Source: Christensenellales bacterium | Lineage (GTDB): Bacteria; Bacillota; Clostridia; Christensenellales; UBA1750 | Direction of reading: 5' to 3' | Length of the DNA stretch: 53,712 nucleotides | Assembly (NCBI GenBank): GCA_050309705.1 | Contig: JBNRMR010000022.1 | Span: forward strand, 1-53,712 | Shown: positions 39,936 to 49,448 of the stretch, piece by piece | Layout of the letters: each line of letters opens with the position of its first letter | Position numbering within the stretch: the stretch's first letter is position 1 | Made by a program: the position numbers and the translations under genes | The notes under the pieces: model-generated | Database searches by the model: none | What the model saw: the letters and a program-made list of their open reading frames with translations, nothing else | What the model was told of the DNA's origin: nothing

Positions 39936-40007
39936 ATGGAAATATTGTGTGTCTTAATTATAGTTATAACTGTATGTGCACTATATGTAAATAGTCGGAA
40001 TTTCTGA
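39936..40007 (+). CDS. Candidate 23-aa hydrophobic micro-ORF (MEILCVLIIVITVCALYVNSRNF)
   Basis: AAGGTGG (39920-39926) lies 9 nt before the ATG. It has a single TM-like stretch and a polar tail. It sits in an AT-rich 390-nt spacer and could be a chance ORF. Confidence 0.2.
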   Translation: MEILCVLIIVITVCALYVNSRNF

Positions 40008-40140
40008 ACATGCCTCTTTTAGGGCTTTTATATGGCCAAAATTTCCGCAGATAAGAGGCGAAAGCCACCAAGAAAGCAGCGTGACAGACAATGATATGGC
40101 CAATTACGAAGCCCAGCGCGGGTTAAAAGTGGGTTTTGGG

Positions 40141-40176
40141 AAAACAAAAGCCCCCGTAAATGGCTATCTACAGGGG
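40141..40176 (-). terminator. Terminator after tRNA-Cys
   Basis: Minus strand: cccctgta-gatagccatt-tacggggg followed by cttttgtttt. Confidence 0.65.
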
Positions 40177-40181
40177 TTTCT

Positions 40182-40256
40182 TGGAGGCGCCAACCGGATT
40201 TGAACCGGTGAATCAAGGTTTTGCAGACCTTTGCCTTACCGCTTGGCTATGGCGCC
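40182..40256 (-). tRNA. tRNA-Cys (GCA)
   Basis: Cloverleaf read by eye. Anticodon loop CUGCAAA, TPsiC arm GGTTCAAATCC, encoded CCA. Confidence 0.9.
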
Positions 40257-40267
40257 ATATGAAGTTG

Positions 40268-40301
40268 TTTAAAATAAAACCGCAAAGGAAATCCTTCGCG
40301 G
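40268..40301 (-). terminator. Terminator-like hairpin between tRNA-Gly and tRNA-Cys
   Basis: Minus strand: ccgcgaagg-attt-cctttgcgg (one G-U pair) followed by ttttatttta. Confidence 0.5.
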
Positions 40302-40313
40302 CTTTATTTCCAG

Positions 40314-40388
40314 TGGAGCGGTAGACGAGACTTGAACTCGCGACATCCACCTTGGCAAGGTGGCACTCTACCACTGAGCTACTACCGC
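40314..40388 (-). tRNA. tRNA-Gly (GCC)
   Basis: Anticodon loop UUGCCAA, GTTCAAGTC TPsiC arm, encoded CCA. Confidence 0.9.
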
Positions 40389-40389
40389 A

Positions 40390-40465
40390 TGGTGCCTTGG
40401 GGCGGAATCGAACCACCGACACGTAGATTTTCAGTCTACTGCTCTACCGACTGAGCTACCAAGGC
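40390..40465 (-). tRNA. tRNA-Phe (GAA)
   Basis: Anticodon loop CUGAAAA, GGTTCGATTCC, encoded CCA. Confidence 0.9.
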
Positions 40466-40543
40466 TGGCGACCCGGAAGGGGCTCGAACCCTCGACCTCC
40501 AGCGTGACAGGCTGGCATTCTAACCAAACTGAACTACCGGGCC
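40466..40543 (-). tRNA. tRNA-Asp (GTC)
   Basis: Anticodon loop CUGUCAC, GGTTCGAGCCC, encoded CCA. Confidence 0.9.
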
Positions 40544-40561
40544 ACATTTGCAGCAAAGTCC

Positions 40562-40637
40562 TGGTGGGAGCAACAGGGCTCGAACCTGTGACCCCCTGCT
40601 TGTAAGGCAGGTGCTCTCCCAGCTGAGCTATGCTCCC
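40562..40637 (-). tRNA. tRNA-Val (TAC)
   Basis: Anticodon loop CUUACAA, GGTTCGAGCCC, encoded CCA. Confidence 0.9.
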
Positions 40638-40658
40638 CTGCGCTTTGCCGCGTTGACT

Positions 40659-40687
40659 AATATACTATACTTTTCCGACCCTGTCAA
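40659..40687 (-). promoter_or_regulatory. tRNA operon promoter
   Basis: Minus strand: TTGACA (40682-40687), 17-nt spacer, TATATT (40659-40664). Confidence 0.5.
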
Positions 40688-40791
40688 GGGCTTTCCGCAT
40701 TTTTCTTACAATGCCTTTACAAAATCGCAACATTTTATATAATCTTTGTTTATAGGCGTATACCGGCAAAAAGCTGGCTGCCCAAAGCGGT

Positions 40792-41490
40792 CTATCCCTC
40801 CGCCTGGCCTTCCTGAACCCGGTGCGTGAACCTTTTGTTCAGCCAAATCCCCAGAAGCCCGATGGCGCCCGTGGCAGCAAATATCGCGATGGTCAGCGCC
40901 CAGTTTTCATTCATTATGGAGGCCCCCGCCCAGGTGGAGGTAACCACCGAGGGGATTCTGGCCAGTGTTGCGATTATGAAAAAGCGAACGGGGTTTATCC
41001 TCGTCAAGCCCACAGCATATGTCAGCACATCCTTCGGCGTGCCTGGTATCAAAAACAAAATGAACGTGACCGACTCAAGCCGCGCTTCATTCTTCAGAAA
41101 TCTGAAGCTTTCAAGCTTCTCGCGGGACACAAAAAGAGTGATGAACTTTTCCTTGAAGACTTTTACCAGCAGGAAAACCAGCACTGTGCCTATCAATATG
41201 CCCAAAAGGCATGTGAAAAGGCCGCCCCATGTGCCAAAAAGATAGCCGGCGATTACCTCCACGGGCTCACCCGGCAGGATTGCCACTATTATCTGCAAAA
41301 TCTGTATGCCCAAAAGCAGCAGCCAGCCGCCGAAGCCCATCTGAGAAACCCTTGCCTTCAGGGCATCTCTGCCTTCTTCCTGCATCAGCGACATTATCCA
41401 CGGCCACATGGCCACGGTCAGATAGATCATCCCACCGAGAAAAAGCGCCAGTAGGATCGATCCAACGATTTTCTTGCTTTTATCAGACAT
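40792..41490 (-). CDS. TVP38/TMEM64 (DedA/SNARE-associated) family membrane protein
   Basis: Starts at MSDKSKKIVG (ATG 41490). Has the LPGEPVEVIAGYLFG and LIPGTPKDVLTYAVG motifs. The longer track ORF (to 41757) runs into rnpB. Confidence 0.8.
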   Translation of the reverse strand: MSDKSKKIVGSILLALFLGGMIYLTVAMWPWIMSLMQEEGRDALKARVSQMGFGGWLLLLGIQILQIIVAILPGEPVEVIAGYLFGTWGGLFTCLLGILIGTVLVFLLVKVFKEKFITLFVSREKLESFRFLKNEARLESVTFILFLIPGTPKDVLTYAVGLTRINPVRFFIIATLARIPSVVTSTWAGASIMNENWALTIAIFAATGAIGLLGIWLNKRFTHRVQEGQAEG

Positions 41491-41562
41491 GCTCGTTTTC
41501 TCTCCCGGGTGAATTTCTTCTTTGAAAATACGATATATTGCTGTTGCAAATGTGACAAAAAG

Positions 41563-41918
41563 CCATGAGACGGGCCGTAAGCCGAGTTCTGTCGTGAACG
41601 GCCATCTATCTAGGCGCATCGTTACCGATACGCTCAAGCGATTACATGAAGCGCGACGAGCAGCCGCATATGCTCCCATATCAATCTTGCACCGGACGGG
41701 GTTTACATGGCCGGCAAGTCGCCTTGCCGCCGGTGGGCTTTTACTCCGCCTTTCCACCTGAACCGCCCCGCCAGCGGAAGTTCCGCAAGCGAAGTGGTTG
41801 TCTATTTCTGTTGCACTTTCCCTGAAGTCGCCTTCGCCGGGAGTTACCCGGCGCCCTGCTCTGTGGTGCTCGGACTTTCCTCGCGCCCTGCGGCGCGCGG
41901 CCGTTTGGCCCGCTCATG
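41563..41918 (-). ncRNA. rnpB: RNase P RNA (bacterial type A)
   Basis: Minus strand carries GAGGAAAGTCCG (plus-strand 41871-41882), GGTGGAAAGGCGGAGTAAAAGCCCACC and ACAGAACTCGGCTTAC (41577-41592). P1 pairing is GAGCGGGCC/GGCCCGTCTC. Ends are approximate to about 10 nt. Confidence 0.9.
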
Positions 41919-41980
41919 GTTTCTCATTGGTACGAATGTCTTTAAATATAACGTTTCAAACGCTGAAATGTTTCTGGCTT

Positions 41981-42691
41981 TTATTCCTTGACATAGAGAA
42001 TCCTGCCGCAGGTTTCGCATTCCACAATGGAGGCTCCCTTTCTGGCGTTGCTGACGATAAGCGCCGGTAGCGCCATGTTGCAGCCCCCGCACTGGTCGCC
42101 CATCAGCATGGCCATGGGCGGCTTGCAGCGTTTTTTTATTGTTTTATAGCGGCTGATCATATCCGGTGAAATCTCCGGCGCGATCTTGTCCCTTTCGGCC
42201 TCCAGCCTATCCAGCTCCTCCTTTTGCACCTTGTAAACGGCGTCATACTCCTTCATCAGGCTGGAATACTCCGCCTTGGCCTTCGAGGCGTTTGCTCTGG
42301 CGCCCCGCAGGTCAACCGTCAGTTGGCCCGCATCCCTCATCAGCGTTTCCAGCCTGCGCTCCAGCGCGCCCAGCCTGCCGATTAGCTCGCCCAGACCGTT
42401 TATCGCCTCTCGCACCTGTGTGGCTGTTTCGAAGCTATCTTCATTTAAATCCGCCGAGGCGGCCTCGATCTTTTCCTTTATAAGCTCATATTGGGCCCGT
42501 ACGCCGATAATTCCCTTGTTTGTCTTGTCGGTATTGGTTTCCACTGTTCTCATCGCGTTTTGCTGGTCGTTATAATATTTCTTTAAGGCCAGCAGTTTGC
42601 GGCGCATCGGAAACTGCCTTATCTGCGAATCATATCCGTCCACCTTCTGGTCAGCTTCCTGATACCTCCATAAAGCGTCCAAATTACTCAT
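41981..42691 (-). CDS. Coiled-coil protein with a C-terminal C4 zinc ribbon (COG1579/DUF164 family)
   Basis: MSNLDALWRYQEADQ ... CGGCNM ... CETCGRILY. GGGAGG RBS before the ATG at 42691. Confidence 0.85.
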   Translation of the reverse strand: MSNLDALWRYQEADQKVDGYDSQIRQFPMRRKLLALKKYYNDQQNAMRTVETNTDKTNKGIIGVRAQYELIKEKIEAASADLNEDSFETATQVREAINGLGELIGRLGALERRLETLMRDAGQLTVDLRGARANASKAKAEYSSLMKEYDAVYKVQKEELDRLEAERDKIAPEISPDMISRYKTIKKRCKPPMAMLMGDQCGGCNMALPALIVSNARKGASIVECETCGRILYVKE

Positions 42692-42760
42692 GCCATTCCT
42701 CCCTGCTGCCATTATGCCTGCGGGCATTGCTGGCGATCTATACTGTTCCCTTCGTTCTCT

Positions 42761-43531
42761 TCACTTAAACCCAAGCTCTTTCGCGTACATGCCATCTGCG
42801 ATAAAATACTCGATTTTATATTGTATCAAATTTTCGTGGGTTTGTAAATGTTTCTTTAGCCCAGGCAGGGCAGGAAGCTCCGATTCCCTGTGCCCGCAGG
42901 TGATGACGCCAATTCCTCGTTCGATATACTCCGTCAGCTGATGGTATTTTAGCTCACCGCAGATGTAGACATCTGCGCCGCCGGCCAAAACTGCCGCCAT
43001 TTCGTCGTTTCCGCTGCCTGCACACACGGCGATTTTTTTCACATTTCCACCTGCGAAGGCGTTCACATATGGTGAGTCTATTTTTCCCGCAATGCTTTTC
43101 GCAAGCGCCTCCACAGTCGTCTCTTTAACATCTCCGAACGCAAGAAAGCCCTGCTGAACCGGAGTTTCAGCCCCGGCGGCCATGGCCAGCGCCCTGCTTG
43201 TCCCGATTTCGCAGGCGTCAAAATTGGTGTGGGCGCAGTAAACGCTGATTCCATTTTTAATTATCTTTTCTACAATGCCGCCCAAAGGCTCGTCTGCGTC
43301 AAGGCTCATTACCGGCTCAAAAAACAGCGGGTGGTGAGCGATTATAAGCTGCGCGCTTTGTGAGATGGCAAAATCGACAACCCTGGCGTTAACATCCAGC
43401 GCCAGCACCGCCCTTTTGACCTCCCGCTCCATGGAGCCGATCAGAAGGCCGCAGTTGTCGCCGGGAATACAGGTGTCAAGAGGCGCCAAATCCTCAATCA
43501 CTTTTGATATATCATTCACTTTGCAAGCCAT
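42761..43531 (-). CDS. yqfO: Nif3-like dinuclear metal centre protein (YqfO family)
   Basis: LIIAHHPLFF, YCAHTNFD and ITCGHRESE motifs. Confidence 0.85.
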   Translation of the reverse strand: MACKVNDISKVIEDLAPLDTCIPGDNCGLLIGSMEREVKRAVLALDVNARVVDFAISQSAQLIIAHHPLFFEPVMSLDADEPLGGIVEKIIKNGISVYCAHTNFDACEIGTSRALAMAAGAETPVQQGFLAFGDVKETTVEALAKSIAGKIDSPYVNAFAGGNVKKIAVCAGSGNDEMAAVLAGGADVYICGELKYHQLTEYIERGIGVITCGHRESELPALPGLKKHLQTHENLIQYKIEYFIADGMYAKELGFK

Positions 43532-44256
43532 GCTTCCACCTCCTTCATTATTTCCAGCTCCCTTAAAATGGGGACCCTATCCACCACATCGTCCTTCGCG
43601 CCTTCAAGTGCCCTTTCCAGCAGCATTATCTGCCTTTGAACGTATTTCTCCAAAGCTTCGGGTTTTTGTCTCAACAATATGGGGCCCAGCATCTCCTCAG
43701 CTTCTGAAAGCTGCATTTTCCCGGCTGCAAGCTTCATTATCTGGTAGAAGCGGCCGTTATCTCGGACGATCCGCTCATCGGTTATTGCGTAGCCCATGTT
43801 TTGCAAGGCTTTTCGCAAAAAAACGATCTCCGTGTTGGCCTGCACCACAATCTTGCTGCGCAAAGGCGGCGCGCTTTCAAGTATTTCCGCCACGGCAACG
43901 CCCCCCATGCCGCTGATGCAAACAGCATCGTTCTCTCCGGGGTTTGCGCCTTCAAGTCCATTTGCCACCTTGAATGAGGAAACGCCCAAAAGCCCTCTTT
44001 CCCGCGCGTTAATAAAAGCCTTTTCAAGGGCGGGGGCGCTGATGTCGCTGAAAAAAATCCGCTTTGCAAGGCCTCTTTTAACCAGCTCCAAGGCCATATA
44101 GCCGTGGTCGCAGCCGACATCATATATGGCCCCGCATTGGCCGATAAGCTCGATTATGGCCTCCAGCCTGTCTCCCAGCCTTTTGCCTTTTTTCCCTTTA
44201 TTGCCTATCTCTGCCCTGCTCTCTTTTGCCAAGCGTAAACCCCTTTTCCACTGCAT
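43516..44256 (-). CDS. trmK: tRNA (adenine22-N1)-methyltransferase TrmK (start uncertain)
   Basis: RLEAIIELIGQCGAIYDVGCDHGYMALELV matches the TrmK N-terminal SAM motif. A TTG at 44232 has a better RBS than the ATG at 44256. Confidence 0.8.
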   Translation of the reverse strand: MQWKRGLRLAKESRAEIGNKGKKGKRLGDRLEAIIELIGQCGAIYDVGCDHGYMALELVKRGLAKRIFFSDISAPALEKAFINARERGLLGVSSFKVANGLEGANPGENDAVCISGMGGVAVAEILESAPPLRSKIVVQANTEIVFLRKALQNMGYAITDERIVRDNGRFYQIMKLAAGKMQLSEAEEMLGPILLRQKPEALEKYVQRQIMLLERALEGAKDDVVDRVPILRELEIMKEVEAWLAK

Positions 44257-44297
44257 AAAAATACAATTATAAGGTGCGGAAAGCTTCTCCCCGCACC
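44255..44297 (-). terminator. Terminator-like hairpin after the P-loop gene
   Basis: Minus strand: ggtgcgg-ggagaagcttt-ccgcacc followed by ttataattgtattttta. Confidence 0.5.
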
Positions 44298-44376
44298 CAA
44301 ATCATCGCACATCTCTTTTTTCTTTATACCCTTTGACTCTCCCTGGAACGATGGGAGGTGTAATGTCCGACACATG

Positions 44377-45063
44377 TCATGTGCCATAAAAGCCAAAATG
44401 TATTGCCAAAGCATTAAGGGTTTCTTCTCGCGTATCATTCTCAAAATCTGAACGGGTATAGGTGAAAAACCCAGTATTATACCAATCGATTTCAACCGGG
44501 GGATGATACAATGCCCATGAGTTGAAGTTTTTGAGCGTTGCATCAGGGTCTTTACAAATACTGATTTGGTCCATCATAAACTTCTTGTCTGGATCATCAC
44601 GGTCAAAAAAGCGCGTCGCACAGATGTCGGGCGGGTCGCAAAGCATAATTGCCACATTGTTATAGCCAGATATTTCTCGCAACACATCGGGCGGTATATT
44701 CGTATCAACAATAATGTTCTTTCCGCTTGCAGATAATCTTACCAACTCAAGAATTTCTATTTCTACACACTCCTGAGATGTGTTGTACGTCCAGTTCCAA
44801 TGCTCCTGCGGCGTCATGTTTAGCCATTCTTCCCAGCCGCTCATCGTGTCAAAATAGCATAGGCCGGGCTGTTTCCACCGTGACAGTTTTTCACGGGGAA
44901 ACACATCATGGTAATTTTCACCGCAAAATATCATGTCATATCGCTCAGCGAGCAATTTTACCATAGTTGACTTCCCCGCATAACTATGACCATTGATGAA
45001 ATACACATTACGCAGATAGTGTTTTATGATATTATCGCTAATTTGTATTTTCAGAAAGTACAT
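44377..45063 (-). CDS. P-loop NTPase/kinase-like protein of unrecognised family, AT-rich relative to its neighbours
   Basis: Walker A GHSYAGKST near the N-terminus and a small (228 aa) kinase-like size. Hand counts of two 60-nt stretches (44941-45060) gave 26/60 and 16/60 G+C, clearly below the flanking genes. Confidence 0.6.
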   Translation of the reverse strand: MYFLKIQISDNIIKHYLRNVYFINGHSYAGKSTMVKLLAERYDMIFCGENYHDVFPREKLSRWKQPGLCYFDTMSGWEEWLNMTPQEHWNWTYNTSQECVEIEILELVRLSASGKNIIVDTNIPPDVLREISGYNNVAIMLCDPPDICATRFFDRDDPDKKFMMDQISICKDPDATLKNFNSWALYHPPVEIDWYNTGFFTYTRSDFENDTREETLNALAIHFGFYGT

Positions 45064-45225
45064 CCCCTAATCAAGTTTTCAAAAATCGCTCATCCCCTGC
45101 CCAAGTGCATCCTTCAATTTATTCCCGCAAAACCGGTTTAGATGCCTTTGCCAACTTGGCGGAAGCAACGCTTGGGGCGGGGTATAAATACTGCCGTTAT
45201 TCCGCGCTCTGAACGGCGGAGGAAA

Positions 45226-46326
45226 TCAATCCAGAAAATCTTTCAGCTTTCTTGAGCGGCTGGGATGGCGCAGCTTGCGAAGGGCCTTGGCCTCAATCTG
45301 CCTTATCCGCTCCCTTGTAACGTTAAAATCCCTGCCCACTTCCTCAAGGGTTCTTGCCCTGCCGTCGTCCAGGCCGAAGCGCAGGCGCAAAACCTTTTCT
45401 TCGCGGGGAGTCAAAGTGTCCAGCACATCCATCAGCTGTTCTTTAAGCAGCATGAATGCCGCCGCGTCCGCCGGAGCGGGCGCGTCCTCGTCGGGGATGA
45501 AGTCGCCCAGATGGCTGTCCTCCTCCTCGCCGATGGGGGGCTCCAAGGAACCCGGCTCCTGGGCAATTTTGATTATCTCCCTCACCTTTTCCTCGGTGAT
45601 AAGCATCTCTTTGGCTATCTCTTCCGGCAGTGGCTCGCGGCCATATTCCTGCAAAAGCTGGCGCGAAACGCGAATCAGCTTGTTGATGGTCTCCACCATA
45701 TGCACCGGAATGCGGATCGTGCGGGCCTGGTCGGCGATGGCCCTGGTGATCGCCTGGCGAATCCACCATGTGGCATATGTGGAAAACTTGTACCCTTTGC
45801 GGTAATCAAACTTTTCAACCGCTTTTATAAGCCCCAGGTTACCCTCCTGGATAAGATCGAGGAACTGCATTCCCCGGCCCACATATCTCTTGGCGATGGA
45901 TACAACAAGCCGCAGGTTTGCCTCGGCCAGCTTGCGCTTTGCCTCCGGGTCGCCTGCCTCCATGCGCTTTGCAATCTCCACTTCTTCTTCGGCCGTCAAA
46001 AGCGCAACCTTGCCGATCTCCTTAAGATACATCCGCACAGGGTCATCCGTTGAGATGCCCTCCGGCGCGGCGACTTCTTTCGCCGCAGCTTCCTCTTGAA
46101 CCTCGGTGTCGCCGGCCTCCGTCATCTCGCCGATTATGTCAACGCCCAGGTTTTCAAGCGTCTCATATATCTTCTCTAGCTGATCTGTGGTGACCTCAAC
46201 CTCCACCAACATCTCGCTGAGCTCTTTTACCGATGTATTCCCCTTTTGTTTCACCGCATTGACAACATCCGCAATACTTTTTTGCTGAGCTATGCTCTTT
46301 TGCTGTTTTTCTTCTTTCGCACTCAT
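45226..46326 (-). CDS. sigA: Primary RNA polymerase sigma factor
   Basis: Regions 1.2 to 4.2 are present, including [30 protein letters not shown] and [30 protein letters not shown]. Confidence 0.95.
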   Translation of the reverse strand: MSAKEEKQQKSIAQQKSIADVVNAVKQKGNTSVKELSEMLVEVEVTTDQLEKIYETLENLGVDIIGEMTEAGDTEVQEEAAAKEVAAPEGISTDDPVRMYLKEIGKVALLTAEEEVEIAKRMEAGDPEAKRKLAEANLRLVVSIAKRYVGRGMQFLDLIQEGNLGLIKAVEKFDYRKGYKFSTYATWWIRQAITRAIADQARTIRIPVHMVETINKLIRVSRQLLQEYGREPLPEEIAKEMLITEEKVREIIKIAQEPGSLEPPIGEEEDSHLGDFIPDEDAPAPADAAAFMLLKEQLMDVLDTLTPREEKVLRLRFGLDDGRARTLEEVGRDFNVTRERIRQIEAKALRKLRHPSRSRKLKDFLD

Positions 46327-46382
46327 AAGGAAATTCCCCTCCTCTTATATGGGAAACAACAATGTTGATTAAACTTCATACG

Positions 46383-48179
46383 TCAGTTCCGCCTGTCCTT
46401 CAAATCCTTCAGCTGCTTCATATACACGCCCATCCTCTGCAAAAGCGCCGCTCTTTCCACCTGAGCCGACGAAGCAATCTGCTGGGACAGTCCGTTTATT
46501 TTCTCCTGTAAAGAATGCATCTGTATCACTTTGAGGTATTGCCCGATCAGCTCCGCCATATTGGCGCCTGCGGGAAAATCCTGCTCGCTAAGAATACGCG
46601 CCGCTTCGCTTCGCAATTCCTCATCGCCACCGATTCTCTCGATTAAATAGGCCGTTTGGGGCGTGCCTGTCTGGGGCGCTTCCAATAATATGTTCGCAAG
46701 GCTGCGGCAGGTTTCATCCGGAAAGTCTGAAAGCTTGATGAGGCCCTTGGGCAGCGCGGGGTTTGACGCCATTATGGCGATCAACGCCCTTTGCGCACGG
46801 ATGTAATCAGGCTGCATGGATGCCTTTTTATGGCCGTTGTTAGCATTTGCAGGCTCATCCGAAATTATGCCGGTTTTTTCCTGAATAGCCTCACTTCTGC
46901 CAATTTGATCCTGAAGAACCTCCCGGGAAAAGCCGGTCTCAATGATGAGCCTTCGTAAAAAGCCCTCCAAAACCACCGGCTGGTCGATTTCTTTTAAAAT
47001 CTTGCAGGCGGCCATGGCGTACCGGGTTCTTCCCTGGGCCTGGGAAAGGTCATGATTTGCCTTTTCCACGTCCAGCAGATGCTGTGTGGCGTCCTTCCTT
47101 TCCAGCTCCATGAAGCTTACAGCGCCGTGTTTTCGCACATAGTCATCCGGGTCCAGCCCCCCGGGAAGGTTTAAAACCTTTGGATCCAGCCCGCAGGCGC
47201 GAAGTATCATTATTGCCCGGTCGGTGGCCCTTTGCCCGGCCACATCGCCATCATAACAAATGGTAATGTTCTGCGAATAGTTTTTGAGCATCCTGGCCTG
47301 TTCCTGGGTGATGGCCGTGCCCAAAGTTGCCACTGCTGTCCCTATGCCGTGGGAAGCCAGTGAAACCACATCCAAATAGCCCTCCACCAGCAGAAGCTCC
47401 TGCATATTTCTTTGCCCTTTCAGAAAGTTAAGGGCGTAGAGATTGCGGCGCTTGTTGAATATGGGCGTTTCAGCGCTGTTAAGATACTTGGGCTCACCCT
47501 TACCCATTATCCTTCCGCCAAAGGCGATGACCTGGCCAGAGCGGCTGAATATGGGGAACATCACTCTGCCCCGAAACATGTCGAAGCGTTTTTCGCCCTT
47601 TTTGATGATCAGCCCCGCCGTTAGCATCTCCTCCTCGGAGAAGCCTTTCTCACTCAGGTGAAGGCAGAGCCTGTCCCAACCCTCGGGTGCATAACCCAGC
47701 CCAAAACGCCTGATGGCCTGACGGCTTATCTGCCTTGCCAGCAGGTATTCCCTGGCCGCTTTGCCCTCCTGCGACACAAGAACTTCGCGGTAAAATCTTG
47801 CAGCCTCCGTGGCCGCCTCAAAAGCCCTTATCCGAAGCGTCTTGCTAAGCTGGGGCTCATCCACACCCTTTTCCCGGACCACAGCCAGCCCAGCCCTTTC
47901 CGCCAGAAATTCCACCGCCTCGTAAAACTCCAGGTGCTCCTGCTCCATCACAAAGTGATAGACATTGCCGCCTTTATGGCACCCAAAGCAGTAAAAAAAC
48001 TGCCTCTGCCTGTCCACGCTGAAAGAGGGCGTCTTTTCTCCGTGAAAAGGGCATCTGCCCCAATAGTTGCTTCCCTTGGGCGCAAGATGCATGTAACCGG
48101 AGACAACGTCGACAATGTCCGTGCGGTTCCTCAGTTCTTCAATGAAGTCTTCCTTTATGCGACCTGCCACTAAACTCAC
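46383..48179 (-). CDS. dnaG: DNA primase
   Basis: Zinc finger CPFHGEKTPSFSV...CFGC and a TOPRIM domain (LVEGYLDV, DGDVAGQ). GTG start. Confidence 0.95.
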   Translation of the reverse strand: MSLVAGRIKEDFIEELRNRTDIVDVVSGYMHLAPKGSNYWGRCPFHGEKTPSFSVDRQRQFFYCFGCHKGGNVYHFVMEQEHLEFYEAVEFLAERAGLAVVREKGVDEPQLSKTLRIRAFEAATEAARFYREVLVSQEGKAAREYLLARQISRQAIRRFGLGYAPEGWDRLCLHLSEKGFSEEEMLTAGLIIKKGEKRFDMFRGRVMFPIFSRSGQVIAFGGRIMGKGEPKYLNSAETPIFNKRRNLYALNFLKGQRNMQELLLVEGYLDVVSLASHGIGTAVATLGTAITQEQARMLKNYSQNITICYDGDVAGQRATDRAIMILRACGLDPKVLNLPGGLDPDDYVRKHGAVSFMELERKDATQHLLDVEKANHDLSQAQGRTRYAMAACKILKEIDQPVVLEGFLRRLIIETGFSREVLQDQIGRSEAIQEKTGIISDEPANANNGHKKASMQPDYIRAQRALIAIMASNPALPKGLIKLSDFPDETCRSLANILLEAPQTGTPQTAYLIERIGGDEELRSEAARILSEQDFPAGANMAELIGQYLKVIQMHSLQEKINGLSQQIASSAQVERAALLQRMGVYMKQLKDLKDRRN

Positions 48180-48464
48180 CAGCTTTTCTCTTTCTTAATC
48201 ACTCAAATTCATGTCTACTCCACTTTTTCCCGCCTGGTGAAACACATGACGGCCCTTTTGCCCGGGCGTCCTGCTCCGGCTGATATATTACTTTTCGCCG
48301 CCGGATTCATTTTTCCTGCAAAACCCGTCGATTTATAAAATTCCGCCCCTTTTCAGGGTGTTTCCCATAGAAAAACAGACCCCATCAGCATGGAAGCCCT
48401 GTTTTTCCGATTGATATATAATAATTATTAGAAAAACTTTATCTTGCGCGGAGGCTTTGCCATT

Positions 48465-49448
48465 TCATATTGTGGATCCAGGGATGAATATGCGCCCAAA
48501 CTCCGCCACGGCGTAGCGGTCAGTCATCGAAGCGATATGGTCGCAAATCGCAGTTTTCGCGTTTTCCTTTTCCCAAACCTCCCGATACTCAAGTGGCATT
48601 TCGCCAGGGTTTTCCATGTAGTAATTGTAGAGCATCCTAAGTAGACGGCCGGCCTTATCCTCCGCCTCGACCACCGCGGGACGGGTGTACACCCTTTCAA
48701 ACATGAATCTTCTAAGCTCGTCCATCCCTCCGCCAATGCTCTTTGACATCAATATATCATCCTTGCCGTCGCTTGCAAATATGATGTCGCGGATCATGCT
48801 GTCAATTCTCTCGCCATGGCTGTAGCCCAGCATGTCCATCAGGTGGCCGGGGATGTCGCTTTTTTGCAGCACTCCCGCCCGTATTGCGTCGTCAATATCG
48901 TGGTTGATGTAGGCTATTCTGTCTGCAAATGAGACGACCTTGCCCTCAAGCGTTTGGGGGCTGCCGGATATCTTGTGGTTTAAAATGCCGTCGCGCACCT
49001 CGAAGGTCAGGTTCAATTTTTCAAGGGTATCCACCACCCGAAGACTCTGCTCGTTATGGGCAAAATGCCCCGAAAGGCTTTCAAGTATTCTCTCACCCAT
49101 ATGTCCAAATGGGGTGTGGCCCAAGTCATGGCCCAGTGCGATTGCCTCGGTCAGGTCCTCGTTCAGTGATAGCGCCCGGGCGATGGTCCTGGCGATCTGG
49201 TTTACCTCCAGCGTGTGTGTGAGGCGCGTGCGATAATGGTCGCCCTCAGGGGCCAGGAAGCACTGAGTCTTGTGCTTCAGCCTTCTGAAGGCCTTGCAGT
49301 GGATTAGCCTGTCTCTATCCCGCTGAAAGTCCGTTCTTATGTCGCACTTTTCCACGGGGACAAGCCGCCCCTTTGATTGTCTGCTGAAGGCGGCGTGTGG
49401 GCTGAGCCGCTTTAGCTCCAGCTCCTCGATCCTTTCTCTTAAGATCAT
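48465..49448 (-). CDS. dgt: dGTP triphosphohydrolase-like HD-domain protein
   Basis: [30 protein letters not shown] and [23 protein letters not shown] before the ATG at 49448. Confidence 0.9.
   Translation of the reverse strand: MILRERIEELELKRLSPHAAFSRQSKGRLVPVEKCDIRTDFQRDRDRLIHCKAFRRLKHKTQCFLAPEGDHYRTRLTHTLEVNQIARTIARALSLNEDLTEAIALGHDLGHTPFGHMGERILESLSGHFAHNEQSLRVVDTLEKLNLTFEVRDGILNHKISGSPQTLEGKVVSFADRIAYINHDIDDAIRAGVLQKSDIPGHLMDMLGYSHGERIDSMIRDIIFASDGKDDILMSKSIGGGMDELRRFMFERVYTRPAVVEAEDKAGRLLRMLYNYYMENPGEMPLEYREVWEKENAKTAICDHIASMTDRYAVAEFGRIFIPGSTI

Noticed and set aside
40028-40422. ORFs 40028..40216 and 40213..40422 on the minus strand.
   Set aside because: They lie on top of tRNA-Cys, tRNA-Gly and tRNA-Phe and their terminators, so they are not protein-coding.
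39789-40791. The tRNA cluster as an integration site for a genomic island covering the adjacent sugar locus.
   Set aside because: No integrase, no duplicated tRNA 3' fragment or att-like direct repeat, and no compositional break was seen on either side.
41491-42092. Several ORFs (41522..41761, 41707..41991, 41798..42070, 41844..42092) and the first 89 codons of 40792..41757.
   Set aside because: They overlap the RNase P RNA gene (GAGGAAAGTCCG, ACAGAACTCGGCTTAC). They have no RBS and their composition is driven by the structured RNA.
926-46053. Many long antisense or off-frame ORFs inside confident genes (for example 926..1594, 2987..3640, 19897..20622, 24062..25000, 36911..37744, 45265..46053, 17553..18338).
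   Set aside because: These are shadow ORFs expected in GC-rich coding sequence. Each overlaps a gene with unmistakable family motifs, and they lack RBSs.
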